This document shows, in pieces, positions 12,201-24,390 of a DNA stretch of 64,000 bases; within the stretch, counting starts at the first letter, position 1, and every line of letters begins with the position of its first letter. Origin of the DNA: Octopus sinensis (taxonomy: Eukaryota); contig NC_042997.1 of assembly GCF_006345805.1 (NCBI RefSeq), positions 154,132,001-154,196,000 of the forward strand. The letters run 5' to 3'. A program made the position numbers and the translations under genes. The notes under the pieces were generated by a model that did no database searches, was not told the origin of the DNA, and saw only the letters and a program-made list of their open reading frames with translations.

Positions 12201-12640
12201 GCATCGCAAATTATGTTGAAGTCACCTAGCAATACTAACGTGTTCGACGTGCCAAGAAAATTCTCTAGGCTTTTGAAATACTCTTTCTGCCCGGCTTTTC
12301 CTTCGCAGGGAGCATAGACAGCGACCAGCCTGAACACTTTACCACTGCTGTGCGTCACATCCAAAACGACCAACCTGCCTTCCGGATCTATAAAGACAGT
12401 TCTAATCTCTAAATCCAGGTTTTTCCTGACCAGCACTGCCACTCCTCCTCCCCCTCCTGGTCGACAGGGAGAAATGTATTTCTCATAGCCGTTTAGAAGG
12501 GGTGAAAAAGCCTGCAGCCCACTCAGTCTGGATTCGGTAATTACCACTACATCCAAACGATGCGACCTAAGGTCGTTAAGGAGGTAGCCTTGCTTCTAAT
12601 ACGACCCCAGGCCGCGAATATTTATACAACCGAGTTTAAA
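9254..12640 (-). pseudogene. Tx1 ORF2 (APE endonuclease-RT-Zn finger), disrupted
   Basis: GCINIRGLGSY*KQGYLLNDL..LLGDFN..SYIDRI; frameshift near 12005 before SDHKLV; RT PGLDG, FRPITLLN, QGCPLSP, AYADD; further frameshifts near 10170 and 10010. Confidence 0.9.
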
Positions 12641-12674
12641 CGAGAATGTGAAAAATTAGTCGAATGTTTAAAAC

Positions 12675-14141
12675 TTACTGTTTTAACAGAAGAGAGGGTG
12701 TAGTTTCACCCTCATCTTTTCTGTCTGTGAGTGTTGTGTTTTGCGAGGTCAGTTTTTTTGCGAATTGCTTGTACAGATGGCTTGAAAAGTTCATCTGTAA
12801 CGGGCCTACGACCTCCGCAAAAGATTTTTTTATTTCAAAATAATCGGCGTTATCTATTGTATAAAATTCTACATTTTCAGATATAGTACTATTTATATCT
12901 GTTACGATATATTTTTTCGCCGATTTCAGTAAATTAATTTTTTCTCTTAATGGGTTATTGTTTTTATTTATCGCTGTGAAGGTGTTTCTTTTTTTTTTTG
13001 TTAGGTGATTGTGGAGGGGTGTGTGTGTGTGTGTTTGTGGGTGTGTGTGTGCTTGTAGAAGCGTGGGTGTTTGTAGGTGTGTGCGTGCTTGTGGTAGGTG
13101 TGTGTGTGTGTTTGTGTGTGCTTTTTCCAGTGTGTGTGTTTTTTTGGCTACGTGTGTGTTTGCGAATGTATTTGTGGGTGTGGGTGTGCTTGTCTGTGTC
13201 AGAGTATAGTCCTGTGTATCCGAAGAGGGTGGATTTTTCCGTTTCCGTCTTCTTTTTGAAGGTTCTATGGTGACCCACTCCTGGATGTTGTTGTCATCGT
13301 TGTTTTCTCCCGTTGTCGGCTGAATTTCGGCAATTGGGGTGCGCGACGTGGCTGCTATTTCTAGCGGTGAAGTTGTTTTCGGTGTCGTGCTTGCCTCTGC
13401 AGTATTTTCTTTGGCTGTCTTCTTGCAGCTCGACCTTATGTGGTCTTTCTCGCCACATTTATAACACCTAGGTTTTCTTCCCTCGACTATTACCATCAAG
13501 CTAGTATTATCTCCAATGGTGAGGGAGCTTGGCAATTTTTCCAAGTCCGAGGGTTTCGCTTGGATCACAAGCTCTAAGTCTTGTCCATACCAGGTCGTGG
13601 GGCGATATCTTTTAGACTGAAGAATGGCAATTTCTTCTTCTTTGCCTAAGAGAATCGCTGCTATTATAAAGTCCACATCGATTTCGGGCGGAATGTCCGT
13701 GACCGTTATTCTGGAAGTTCTCATTCCTAAATAAAAAGGTAGAAGAACTACCTCGTCTGACTTCAACGTTCTTGTTGAATGTTCCCTAGCTATTTCTTCG
13801 CTAGGGAAACGCACCTCTACCGTTCCGAAGCGACTACCCCTTGTTATATACGTAGTTTGTTGCCATATCGGCCTCAAACATTTTTCAATGGCTTCTCTCT
13901 GCACGAAGTCAATTTTCTTATTTTTTACATTATGTGTCTTGTATATGACAGTTTTTCTTTCCGTCGCGTAAATTAATTCACTGGGAGGGAACAACTTCAC
14001 ATTATCACCTTCTTTTTTTAGTAGTCCTTGGTATTTCTTCAAATCTTCCTTGTTAATGACTATATTTTCACAGGGGCGAGTTGCTGCACTCGCAAAATTT
14101 ATTTTTGACTTTTCTTGTTGTTTAGTAGCTTCGCCAGACAT
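12675..14141 (-). CDS. Tx1 ORF1 (gag-like, CCHC zinc knuckle), intact 488 aa
   Basis: GRKPRCYKCGEKDHIRSSC; ATG start, no stops. Confidence 0.85.
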   Translation of the reverse strand: MSGEATKQQEKSKINFASAATRPCENIVINKEDLKKYQGLLKKEGDNVKLFPPSELIYATERKTVIYKTHNVKNKKIDFVQREAIEKCLRPIWQQTTYITRGSRFGTVEVRFPSEEIAREHSTRTLKSDEVVLLPFYLGMRTSRITVTDIPPEIDVDFIIAAILLGKEEEIAILQSKRYRPTTWYGQDLELVIQAKPSDLEKLPSSLTIGDNTSLMVIVEGRKPRCYKCGEKDHIRSSCKKTAKENTAEASTTPKTTSPLEIAATSRTPIAEIQPTTGENNDDNNIQEWVTIEPSKRRRKRKNPPSSDTQDYTLTQTSTPTPTNTFANTHVAKKTHTLEKAHTNTHTHLPQARTHLQTPTLLQAHTHPQTHTHTPLHNHLTKKKRNTFTAINKNNNPLREKINLLKSAKKYIVTDINSTISENVEFYTIDNADYFEIKKSFAEVVGPLQMNFSSHLYKQFAKKLTSQNTTLTDRKDEGETTPSLLLKQ

Positions 14142-14421
14142 ATTGTCGTCTGCTTTTGTTACGAGCGCCTGAGACGTCTCTTTACTTTTACCTTCCTCCT
14201 TTTGCCTTCAAACAAATTTTCAACGTTTTCCTCCGACTCGGAGGAGATTGGTTGCAAATTCATGTTTTTTCGTCGCTTCCCCCTTGAAACAAGGGGGAAA
14301 GAACAGCAGAGCTCTGCTGCAACAGCAGAAAAGAAGTAGCCTCGACGACCAAAACAGCAAATTTTCAAACTTTTCAGCACAAAAACAATCTTTCACTGCG
14401 GAGCAAAGAATAACACGACCG

Positions 14422-14578
<157 letters not shown>

Positions 14579-14764
14579 GGAAAATGTCATACCTATATGA
14601 AGACTATGGAAATATTTGCAACGCATTTCACTTAATTCTTTCTTCAATTTAATTTCTTTTTTCCAGTTTTACTCTTAGTTAAAAAAAAGTAGAAATCACT
14701 GAATCCTGTACAAAATGTATGTCATGATAAAATTATTTTAGCATTTTCTACTTTGTCATATTTT

Positions 14765-14829
<65 letters not shown>

Positions 14830-14830
<1 letters not shown>

Positions 14831-15335
14831 TTAAGTATCAATTCCTCCCGTGCTTTCGAATACATTCAGTATAAAGCTGACACCATTGTTTTCTATTGGC
14901 TGCAGTTTTCTCTAAATTTGACGATGTGATATTGCCCTCTCTCATGTCGGTTATGAATGCTCTACACCATATAATTTCCGTTGTTTTCTGGGAGTTTTTT
15001 CTCTTCCGTTGGTGTCCGTTTGAAAGCTGTTTTAGAACAGTGTCATTTTTGGCTGAAAGAGCACGTGACTTGCTAGTTTTAATATTTGTTCTTTGGTAAT
15101 TTTGCGAAGTGGCCATATGTTGTCTCTCTTTAGAATGTCTTCATTGGTTATGTGGTCTTGCCGATATGTTCTCAGAAATCTTCTCAAGCTTCTTTGGTGG
15201 AATTCTTTGGTGGAATCTGTCGATTTTCGCGTTGCTGTTCCATGTTTTACAGGCATAGTGAATGGTTGGAGAATCTATGCTATTATAGAGTCGCACATGT
15301 ATCTGTAACGGACAGTGTTGGAGGGCTAGATAGTG
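14830..15335 (-). mobile_element. RTE-type LINE 3' fragment
   Basis: RLYNSIDSPTIHYACKTW; FHQRSLRRFL..QDHITNEDILKR; AANRKQWCQL..GRN*; ends next to (TA)n at 14766..14826. Confidence 0.75.
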
Positions 15336-15459
15336 CACACTCTCTGGAAAACGGCCGTGGTTTTGCTAATTTCATGGTTCGCAGATTCAATATCGTCATT
15401 ATTGTAATGATGATGCTATGCCACCTATATATGTATCAGCCGCCATGACTGATAGCTAA

Positions 15460-15610
15460 ATCCACAGGTTTTTTATTCTCACTCTGTTCATTTTCTTTTA
15501 TTCCTTTTCTGTTGAAGAGCATAGGCTCGAAACGTTAAAGACTTTCTCACTTTTCTAAGCGTCAAACTAATACACCTGCTTGTTGTTCATATATCTGCCT
15601 TCGCCTGATA
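15460..15610 (+). mobile_element. Short repeat with hammerhead motif; homolog at 34715..34895
   Basis: ttctgttgaagagc[ag]taggctcgaaacgttaaagact..ctaatacac..ctgccttcg. Confidence 0.7.
15505..15540 (+). ncRNA. Minimal hammerhead motif, A6U variant (family 1, copy B)
   Basis: tttt CTGTTGA a GAGC atag GCTC GAA ACGT T aaag. Confidence 0.5.
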
Positions 15611-15627
15611 TATATATATAATGTATA

Positions 15628-16012
15628 GGAGGCGCAATGGCCCAGTGGTTAGGGCAGCAGACTCGCGGTCGGAGGATCGCGGTTTCGATTCCCAGACCGG
15701 GCGTTGTGTGTGTTTATTGAGCGAAAACACCTAAAGCTCCACGAGGCTCCGGCAGGGGGTGGTGGCGACCCCTGTTGTACTCTTTCGCCTCAACTTTCTC
15801 TCACTCCACTCTTACTTCCTGTTTCTGTTGTACCTGTATTTCAAGGGGCCGGCCTTGTCACTCTCTGTGTCACGCTGAATATCCCTGAGAACTACGTTAA
15901 GGGTGCACGTGTCTGTGGAGTGCTCAGCCACTTACACGTTAATTTCACGAGCAGGCTGTTCCGTTGATTCGGATCAACCGGAACCCTCATCGTCGTAACC
16001 AACGGAGTGCTT
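15628..16012 (+). mobile_element. tRNA-derived SINE, family C
   Basis: A-box tggcccagtggttagggc and B-box ggtttcgattccc, followed by a unique body. Confidence 0.8.
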
Positions 16013-16049
16013 CCATCCATATAATGTATGTATGTATGTATGTATTATA

Positions 16050-16214
16050 GGCGCAGGAGTGGCTGTGCGGTAAGTAGCTTGCTAACCAACCACATGGTTG
16101 CGGGTTCAGTCTCACTGCGTGGCATCTTGGGCAAGTGTCTTCTGCTATAGCCCCGGGCCGACCAATGCCTTGTGAGTGGATTTGGTAGACGGAAACTGAA
16201 AGAAGCCTGTCGTA

Positions 16215-16289
<75 letters not shown>

Positions 16290-16516
16290 TTGTGTGTCTG
16301 TGTTTGTCCCCCTAGCATTGCTTGACAACCGATGCTGGTGTGTTTACGTCCCCGTCACTTAGCGGTTCGGCAAAAAGAGACCGATAGAATAAGTACTGGG
16401 CTTACAAAAAATAAGTTCCGGGGTCGATTTGATCGACTAAAGGCGGTGCTCCAGCATGGCCGCAGTCAAATGACTGAAACAAGTAAAAGAGTAAAAGAGT
16501 AAAAGAGTAAAGAGAG
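16050..16516 (+). mobile_element. tRNA-derived SINE, family A (internal (TA)/(GT) tract, gagtaaaa tail)
   Basis: ggcgcaggagtggctgtg..ggttcagtc..ggtagacggaaactgaaagaagc..gactgaaacaagtaaaag. Confidence 0.9.
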
Positions 16517-16984
16517 TATGTATGTATGTATGTATGTATGTATGTATGTATGTATGTATGTATGTATGTATGTATGTATGTATGTGTTTACGTATGTATG
16601 TATACATACATAGAGAGAGGTGAAGGGGAGAGACAGAGAAACAAGACACCTGATGACTGCCAGAGAAAGATCGATATAAAATAATTAAAATACCTCGTTC
16701 TAAATCCTTCCAAATTTAAATTGTTAGGTTAACATCCTATTATTTAATGACGTATCCATTCACGAACATGAATACCATTATATTAATATTCCTTCATATG
16801 TCGCCTCATTTATGATGATAAAATATTCATAATATATAATATTCATAATATTCTCGATCTATATGAATGCTAATATTGAATCAATATTCGTTTCACGTTC
16901 TGACGCAAAACCGGTAGTGTGGGGTGTAGGAGCTAAGTCGATTAATTCGACTCTAGTGAAACCAGCTCCTTGAAACCAAACACA

Positions 16985-18795
16985 TGGGTTGCATTGTCAG
17001 AGCTAGGATTCGTGCAGTGGGTTGTGAGGGAATCAAGGCCGCAGGATGGGCCCGAGTGGTGGAAATGATGCCACATTCCGATCTTTGACAACCCAAAGAG
17101 GTAAGCTGCTAAACGAACCCGAGGAAATGCGTGAGGCCTCTCAGGAGCACTTCGCACAGCTTTTCGGGAGGAGAGGCGGACCGGAGAGTAGGAAGAACCT
17201 AACGGCTTCCTCGCCGAGCTGCCGCGCCTCTCAGGGCGGGATGCGGAGTGTTGTGAAGGGCCAATCACATCTGAGGAGGTAATAGAGGCTATGGCAGACT
17301 GCGGCGCATGTAAGGCACCCGAGACTGAATGGTCTACCCTACGAGCTATATAAGAGTATGCCAGATTTGTTCGAGCACCTGCAGGCGAATGTCTACACAA
17401 ACTGGTAGCAGAATGGGTTCATTCCCAGATCTGTGCGCCGGGGAGTGGTGACGCTTGTCAGAAAGTACCTGGACAAGAAGGATTCCACTGATAATTTTCG
17501 GCCCATCACTCTGCTAAACACAGAGTTGAAGATTTTGGCCAAAGTGTTAGCGAAAACATTGGCGTGTGTCGCGGATGATCTGATCGGGGAGGCACAGACA
17601 TGTGCCGTTCCCGGCAGAACCATTCAGGATAATCTCTATCTTCTACGGTACACTTTAGAGGGGCTTAATAGTGATTCTGGCAAAGGTGGGGCAATGGTCT
17701 ATTTAGACCAATCAAAGATTTTCGATAGGGTTGACCATCGTTACCTGGTGTCCGTTCTCGCGCAGTTCGGCTTGGGTCTTGGCTTCCTCGGGTGGATCAT
17801 TCAAATTTACGATAACATCGACTCGATCGTTCGGGTGAACGGCTTTTTATCTAAGCCGTTCTGTATCAAATGCTCGGTTCATCAAGGGTATCCGTTCTCC
17901 CCGCTTTTGCATATGATGGCTCTTGAGCCATTGCTGCGAAAGTTGAGCGGCATCCCGAGACAGCCAGGTTGTAGAAAGTCGGTTTACGGCACCTGGAGAG
18001 GCAAGTCGATGCCTCCTGACAGCTTCGTGGGACGTTGGACGATTAAGTTACTAGGAGTCTGGTTTGGTCTGGATCTCCAAATAGAGAAGAATTGGGCTGA
18101 AGTATCGAGAAGAGTAACCCACATAATCAAGATCTGGTCTTGGCGGTGGCTATCCCTTCGTAGATCGAAGTTGGGTGCATGGTTCATGGAGTGTCGTAAA
18201 GCTTTCCTGCTATTCCGCCGTTCGGGCAATGCCTGTGGTAGTGGTTCAACCGCATCTTTCTATAGAGGGCTGGTAGAGGCGGAATGTGACGATACCTTAG
18301 GAGAAACCCTAGGTCTCGACGATAACCAGCTGGTCAGTCTGTTTCAACGTACATTCAGGCCAAAGACCCTGGATAATTTTCAGAAGTCTATGGCATGGCA
18401 ATGTTACCTCTTCGGAAAAGTTCACAGGATGTGGGCATGATAGGGAAACCGCCCTGCATGCTATTGCTCAGTGTTCGGAGGTGTCAGACGTGTGGTTTTG
18501 TGCTGAAGAGCTGTGGTCAATTACACGAAGTGTACTGCTATCGACTGAGCCTATAATAAGAACTGACCCACCGGATTTCCCATCGAAAGAAGGTAAGATT
18601 AGCTTTTTCGTCGTACTAACAATTGCGAGAGAGGTGATTTGGAAGACGAGATTGAAAGGTTTAAAGTCAGGCATCTTCATCTCTGGCTCTGCATTGGTGA
18701 ATTACTTCACGTTTCACCATAAAAGGAAAATAGGGCTAGAGAGAAAATGTCTGGCTGTGAAAATGTTTGGAAATCGATGGAAGAATGTTGCATGA
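16985..18795 (+). mobile_element. Degenerate second Tx1-family copy (RT to 3' end), opposite orientation to 9033..14424
   Basis: NFRPITLLNTELKILAKVLAK..FYRGLVEAECDDTLGETLG.. is colinear with the first copy and has internal deletions. Confidence 0.9.
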
Positions 18796-18799
18796 ATAT

Positions 18800-19785
18800 T
18801 GCGTATGAATGTAACCTTATGAATGCGACGCAGGACGTATCCCAAGCTATAATGGAAATGACAAAGGAGCATATTCGGCATATTTTACTTTATGAGTTTA
18901 ATAAAGGTAACAACGCAACGGAAAGTGTGAAGAATATTAATGCAGTATATGGGGATCGGACAATAAGCGTAAGCCAGTGTCGACGGTGGTTCCAGAAAAT
19001 CCGGGCTGGAATCTACAACCTAGAAGATGAGCTTCGTTCTAGATCTATAGATCTCGACGAGAATGTCCTGCAAACCCTGGTGGAACAAGGGAGGAACTAG
19101 CAGAGGAACTGCTGAGGAACTAGTAGAGAAGCTTAGATTTGGTCATTCACTCATTCATCGACACCTGTATGCCATCGGAAAAGTCAGCAAAGTGGGCCAA
19201 TGGGTTCCTCAGAAACTTTCCGAGTTTAATCGTGCGCAGAATGAATGCGTGCTCTTCTTTGCACCCCAGCACCTCAGGCAAAAGACGATCTTCACCCACA
19301 TAAATGTTGTTATCTGTTTGGTGGGATATGAAACGTTTAGACCAGTTTGAACTTTTAAATCCAGACGAAACGATAACAAAGGAGATCTACAGGGAGCAGC
19401 TTGAGCGGCTTTAGTCAGCGTTGGAAGCAAAACGACCATCTTTGATTTCGAGACGAAAGGTGTTCTTCCATCAAGATAATAAAGGCTGGAGGAGTTTGAA
19501 TGGGAAACGATGCCCCACACACCTTATTCACCGGACATTGTCCCATCTGATTATCAATAATTCTGCAGTCTTCAAAATCATTTGGACGGAAAAAATATGA
19601 ATTCCAGAACAGTACTGGAGGAATATTTTTAGAAGAGGGGCCTTGCAAGTCTACCAGATAGAGGCAAGGGCATTATAGAAAATGAAAGAGAGTATATTTT
19701 CGATTAAAAAATAACTTTGTTATCGTAATTTTGAAAACTAAAAGAAGTATAAAAAACGCATTATTTATGGGCTGGCCCAATACAA
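18800..19785 (+). mobile_element. Degenerate mariner transposon
   Basis: MTKEHIRHILLYEFNKG..QWVPQKL..FHQDN..PYSPDIVPSDY; 3' TIR-like gcattatttatgggctggcccaata. Confidence 0.88.
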
Positions 19786-19874
19786 TATTAATTGCATCGG
19801 CGTACGAGTTGTTAAAAAGGTTACGACTTTTTAACTGTGTAACAAAAGTGATTCGAAGGTAAGGACAGAACACG

Positions 19875-19877
<3 letters not shown>

Positions 19878-19942
<65 letters not shown>

Positions 19943-19950
19943 CATATATA
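19878..19950. repeat. (TA)n
   Basis: Direct inspection. Confidence 0.97.
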
Positions 19951-20329
19951 TATCGGGAAATTTGTGGTCTGAGTTACGCGAAACTTGTTTTATTCCATTT
20001 GTATTCACATTTCAGTGATGTTTTCAGAGTCTTAGGGTATTTTCCCATTATGCGCCGGTTTGGCTGTGTTAAATTACAGACAAGCACGCAAGCAAGCAAG
20101 CAAGCACGCAAGCACGCGAGCAATCACAGATTTTAGTATCAGATAGATAGATTCTCCAGCATACTGAATATGTGTCAGGTTTCATGTAAAAGATCACATA
20201 AATATTAAATGTTCAATTTTAATCGAAAGGCTACACATTTGGGGAAACGTATGAAGCTCGATTCAAAGAGTGGTTGATGTATTGATTATTTTTACTAAAC
20301 TAGATGTGTTGAGAGCATTGTAATAACGA

Positions 20330-20500
20330 GAAAAGCGACCTGTTATGGTCAAAATGAATACAGGAAGTATCCAATACAGCTGCCAAATGAATAAAAAAGG
20401 TTATCCAACACAATAACACTGGTTACATAAGCGGTATTTTGCAACACAGGACAAGATTACTAACGGCATTTAATGTCAATTATTTTCATGAGTTTTAACT
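20330..20500. repeat. Dispersed repeat, second copy at about 22480..22590
   Basis: Shared caataacactgg.tacat.aagcgg..aacacaggacaagatta..ttattttcatgagtttta. Confidence 0.6.
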
Positions 20501-20519
20501 TTCTTAGCGGAACTTGAAC

Positions 20520-20900
20520 TACGAGGTGGTACCCAAAAGAAATCGGAATTTTACAATATTATTTTAGTCACTCAGTTTTACATATTTACACTTTTATCGC
20601 CTTGAAAGTATTTTTCATTTGAAGCAATGCATCGGTCTAGACGCGTTTTCCACTGTTTGAACCAGTCCTGGTAATTTTGCGAAGTGATGCGCTTTAACGC
20701 TTCCGTCTTTTTTTTTCTTCACCTCTTCTATATCTGCAAAACGTTTTCTTTTAAGATTTTTTTGTTCGGGGGAACAAAAAAGTTGCTGGAAGCAAGATCG
20801 GGTAAGTAATGCCATTTTTGGTCAAAAATTGTCTCACGCTCAACACCATGAGTGCGTACAAATTCTTGTAGATCACACGAACGCACTGGTATCGCCAGGC
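20520..20900 (-). mobile_element. Mariner 3' fragment with TIR
   Basis: KRKRFADIEEVKKK..WKTRLDRCIASNEKYFQGD; TIR tacgaggtggtacccaaaag. Confidence 0.8.
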
Positions 20901-21194
20901 AGTTCACTTTAAATAAGAACTACAATAAATTTGAATAGACTAAATATACAGTAGTAAGTATATATGTATCATTGTCATATGGTTAAAAGAGTTATTGCTT
21001 TTAGTTTGCAAAAAAATGCTTCTTGTTTGAAACCAGTCTAGTGCTACGTATATATGCAAGAATAAGAAATCTGATGACAATAGATAATGAAACGAATTAA
21101 AGTAGTTTAGTGGTCCCCATGTAAACTCTTTCATCTCACTGATTATATTAGACCGACGGCGAAATCAACCGCTATAAAGGTTGTTTCTGTAAAA

Positions 21195-21282
21195 ACTGAC
21201 ACTTCCTTTTTCCGAGCTGAGATTCGAAACCAAATCTAAGAATTCTCGCTCGTCTGATCCACCACTGGCCAAACAGGCGCGA
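21195..21282 (-). mobile_element. tRNA-like SINE head
   Basis: Reverse complement: tggccagtggtgg..ggtttcgaatctc (A/B-box-like). Confidence 0.35.
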
Positions 21283-22981
21283 AAGAAATTTCTTGGTCCT
21301 GTCAAAAAGTGATGGATCGTTTTCTCTTCGACCTAAGATCTGAGCCGTGTCATTTAAGGTTCAAGTGGACAGGAGGCCACCTACATGGGTAAAAGTTACT
21401 CTTGTGGTATGTCTATCCTTCTAGCTGTCATGTCCGTTATAAATACAGTTAGACATACAATAGAGACAGAGAGCCATCACCAGGCGAACTGTCAAGAGAC
21501 AGCCTTGCACCAGTTAAGCAGACAACATAGAACCACATATTCAGCATGAACGACCCAACACAGTAACAGACGCAGAACATAAGAAGACACCACTGAATGA
21601 TCAATGCACTCACAGACATAAAACATGCCAGGTTCCACCTCATCATATCGACATAGTATTCCTCATGTTATTTTCTTCTTCGCCAACTCGAAGTAAGTTG
21701 GTAATGTCATGTAGTGAATTTTTTGGTGTATACAAGAGGTAAATGCAAGTGTCGTTTAAATAAATTATTTAAACCACAATCCGATGCTTTCCCATTGGAA
21801 AACTCACAATGCAGGGGCATTATTTCCGTTTTCTCTCTTCCATAGTTGTTATTCTGTTGAACATTCATCTCTTATGTCTCCTCTTAACATAATTGAGTAA
21901 CTCCACTTTCTGCTAAATCTCATCCTCTCACGGTTGTTGCCATCTCCCTTAAGAGGTGGTTTTAATCTAGGGATTTCATTTCTTGAAACCTGTCTCGCTA
22001 TTTTACTTCTTTCTTTTCTTTTTCTTATAAAAAATATAAACCAAATTTATTTATATCATCGATCGTTTTATGACACTTAGGGTAAATTTTCATTTTGGGT
22101 TTCATTTTTTCCATTTTCTTTTTTAACTCGCAATTTACAAAGAAGTAACTTGTCACCTTTCGGACTTCTAATTTAGAAGAATCTATCGGTATGATGTCTC
22201 TTCAATGCCTTTTATGGATATATAATACTCATTAAAACGTCCTTGAAGTACCTTTATAAATATTGATAAGGAATGTTTACAACATACAAAATTACAATTA
22301 AGTTATTTAGTTTCGAGCATACCTGGTATGTGACAGGTGTCATGTAATGATTGCCCAATTTTAGTTGAAAGGCTGTACATTTGTGGCAGGTAGGCGATGG
22401 TGATCGGTTCAGAGATTGGTTGATGTATTGCAATTGCAGATGAGCGGAGGATGCTGTTATAAAAAGAAAACTGACGCATGAAGGCCAAAATGAATACAAT
22501 AACACTGGATACATTAAGCGGCATTCTGTAACACAGGACAAGATTATTAACGATATTTAACGTCAACTATTTTCATGAGTTTTACCTCGATCTATATTCA
22601 TAAAAAACTGCAAGGGTTACAGCTATGAAGCTGGTAAACAATGGAGAGATAATCGATATCTTATAATACAGAGCTAAAATGTTTATTTGTTAAACAAATG
22701 ATTCACTACAATTTGTAAGAGCATTGAAATCGAATGATAATAATTTATTAATGCTAAAATGTTTAATTCATTTTGACTAACAATGGAAAATATATTTCTG
22801 TATATAAGATTGTAACTCTTAGTTTTCTGCAGTATGTCATGTACTTTGAAACATTAATATAGGTTGCATACTTCTCTAAAATCATACAAAATCTGAGTGT
22901 ATCTAGGAGAATTAGTCTGTATACACTAACTATTGGTAAAAAAACCCCCAAAAAACTTATCATATTGGAAACAATATAATT

Positions 22982-23165
22982 ATGTCGGAAAGATCACAGA
23001 TTTTACATAACAGTGAAAAGGAGCGCAATTCTGGTTTCAATGAGCAGAGTAACTTTTACCGTTCAGTAGATAAGGATTTGAATGCTTGTAATGATAGTTC
23101 CATTAGTACAACAGATGATGATTCCAGTTCCTTAATTAACACAACAGAAGCAAAAAATAATGCAG
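22982..23165 (+). CDS. SLC38A7-like: SLC38A7/8-like amino-acid transporter, coding exon 1 (N-terminal tail)
   Basis: ATG..MSERSQILHNSEKERNSGF..TEAKNNA; 61 codons +1 nt; donor GCAG|GTAAAC. Phase 1 joins exon 2 as G+AA=Glu. The start ATG is inferred and 5' UTR exons were not located. Confidence 0.7.
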
Positions 23166-23712
23166 GTAAACTATTTTTATATTTGTAATAACACTTGTGA
23201 TACAGAACTATCCCATAAAACATATCCTCTTTAATGCCGAACCATATGAACAGATCACAGAAGTCGCCGTCGTCGTTATCGGCGTCTTTGTTGTTGCTGT
23301 CATCGTCTTTTCTTCCTTTTCTTACATTCCTTCTTCTCGTCCTCACTTCTTTTCCTCAACTTCCCTTTCTCGTCCTTCATCTCCTCGTCTTCCTCCTGCC
23401 ACTTCATCTTTTCTTCTTTTATTCCTCCTCCTCATTCTTATTCTCCATATCGCTTTCTCTTTTTCTCTCTCTGTCTCTTTATTGAACATAAAATATGGTA
23501 GTTCCCATTTTTTTCTTTTTTTATATTTGTGTTGTTTTTTAACTTCTGCAAAAGAAATTTATAAATCCTCTTTTTCACCAGATATTTCATTTTATGCCGA
23601 ATCTTAAATTATTCACACGTTTTCTCAAATATATATTGGAAAATTCATTTTCTTTTCTAAATAATCTGATGGATCATTAGATGAAACGAAAATCTTTAGT
23701 AAGAAGTCTTTT

Positions 23713-24390
23713 CGGATCTTTTCGGTTTGAACGGCAGTTTTTAACATAATTTCTAGGTAACTAAAAAATTTTAAACTTCGTATACTGGTAGAATGTGTTT
23801 ATAAAACATCTTTTTCTCTTGGCTTTATTGAGAAAATTCTATAGTTTGTAAGATATTTGGTCTTTAATTTCTTCAATTTCTGCAATTCCAACCAATCACT
23901 GGCGTCTATTGAGTTAAAAAGCATTCTGTGCCGTATGAATATGTCCCTCGTTTAAGAAACAGATAAGGTTATTTACATTTGTGAAGAAAAAAAGATACCT
24001 TTCCCCCACCCCAAACCCTAACTAACCCTAAATCTAAAATAGATTGAATTGCATTTCAATCTATTTTAGATTTAGGGTTAGTTAGGGTTTGGGGTGGGGG
24101 AAAGGTATCTTTTTTTCTTCACAAATGTAAATAACCTAATCTGTTTCTTAAACGAGGGACATATTCATACGGCACAGAATGCTTTTTAACTCAATAGACG
24201 CCAGTGATTGGTTGGAATTGCAGAAATTGAAGAAATTAAAGACCAAATATCTTACAAACTATAGAATTTTCTCAATAAAGCCAAGAGAAAAAGATGTTTT
24301 ATAAATACATTCTACCAGTATACGAAGTTTAAAATTTTTTAGTTACCTAGAAATTATGTTAAAAACTGCCGTTCAAACCGAAAAGATCCG
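23713..24390. mobile_element. 678-bp fold-back palindrome (MITE-like)
   Basis: Arms of about 336 bp with about 2 arm mismatches; centre ttgaa-ttgcat-ttcaa; tctttt on both flanks (23707..23712 and 24391..24396). Confidence 0.9.

Noticed and set aside
15628-15700. tRNA-like heads of the SINEs as real tRNA genes
   Set aside because: A/B boxes are present but there is no complete cloverleaf, and the heads continue into repeat bodies.
23197-23607. Hydrophobic 136-aa ORF after exon 1
   Set aside because: It derives from a pyrimidine-rich simple repeat at the start of intron 1, after a valid GT donor.
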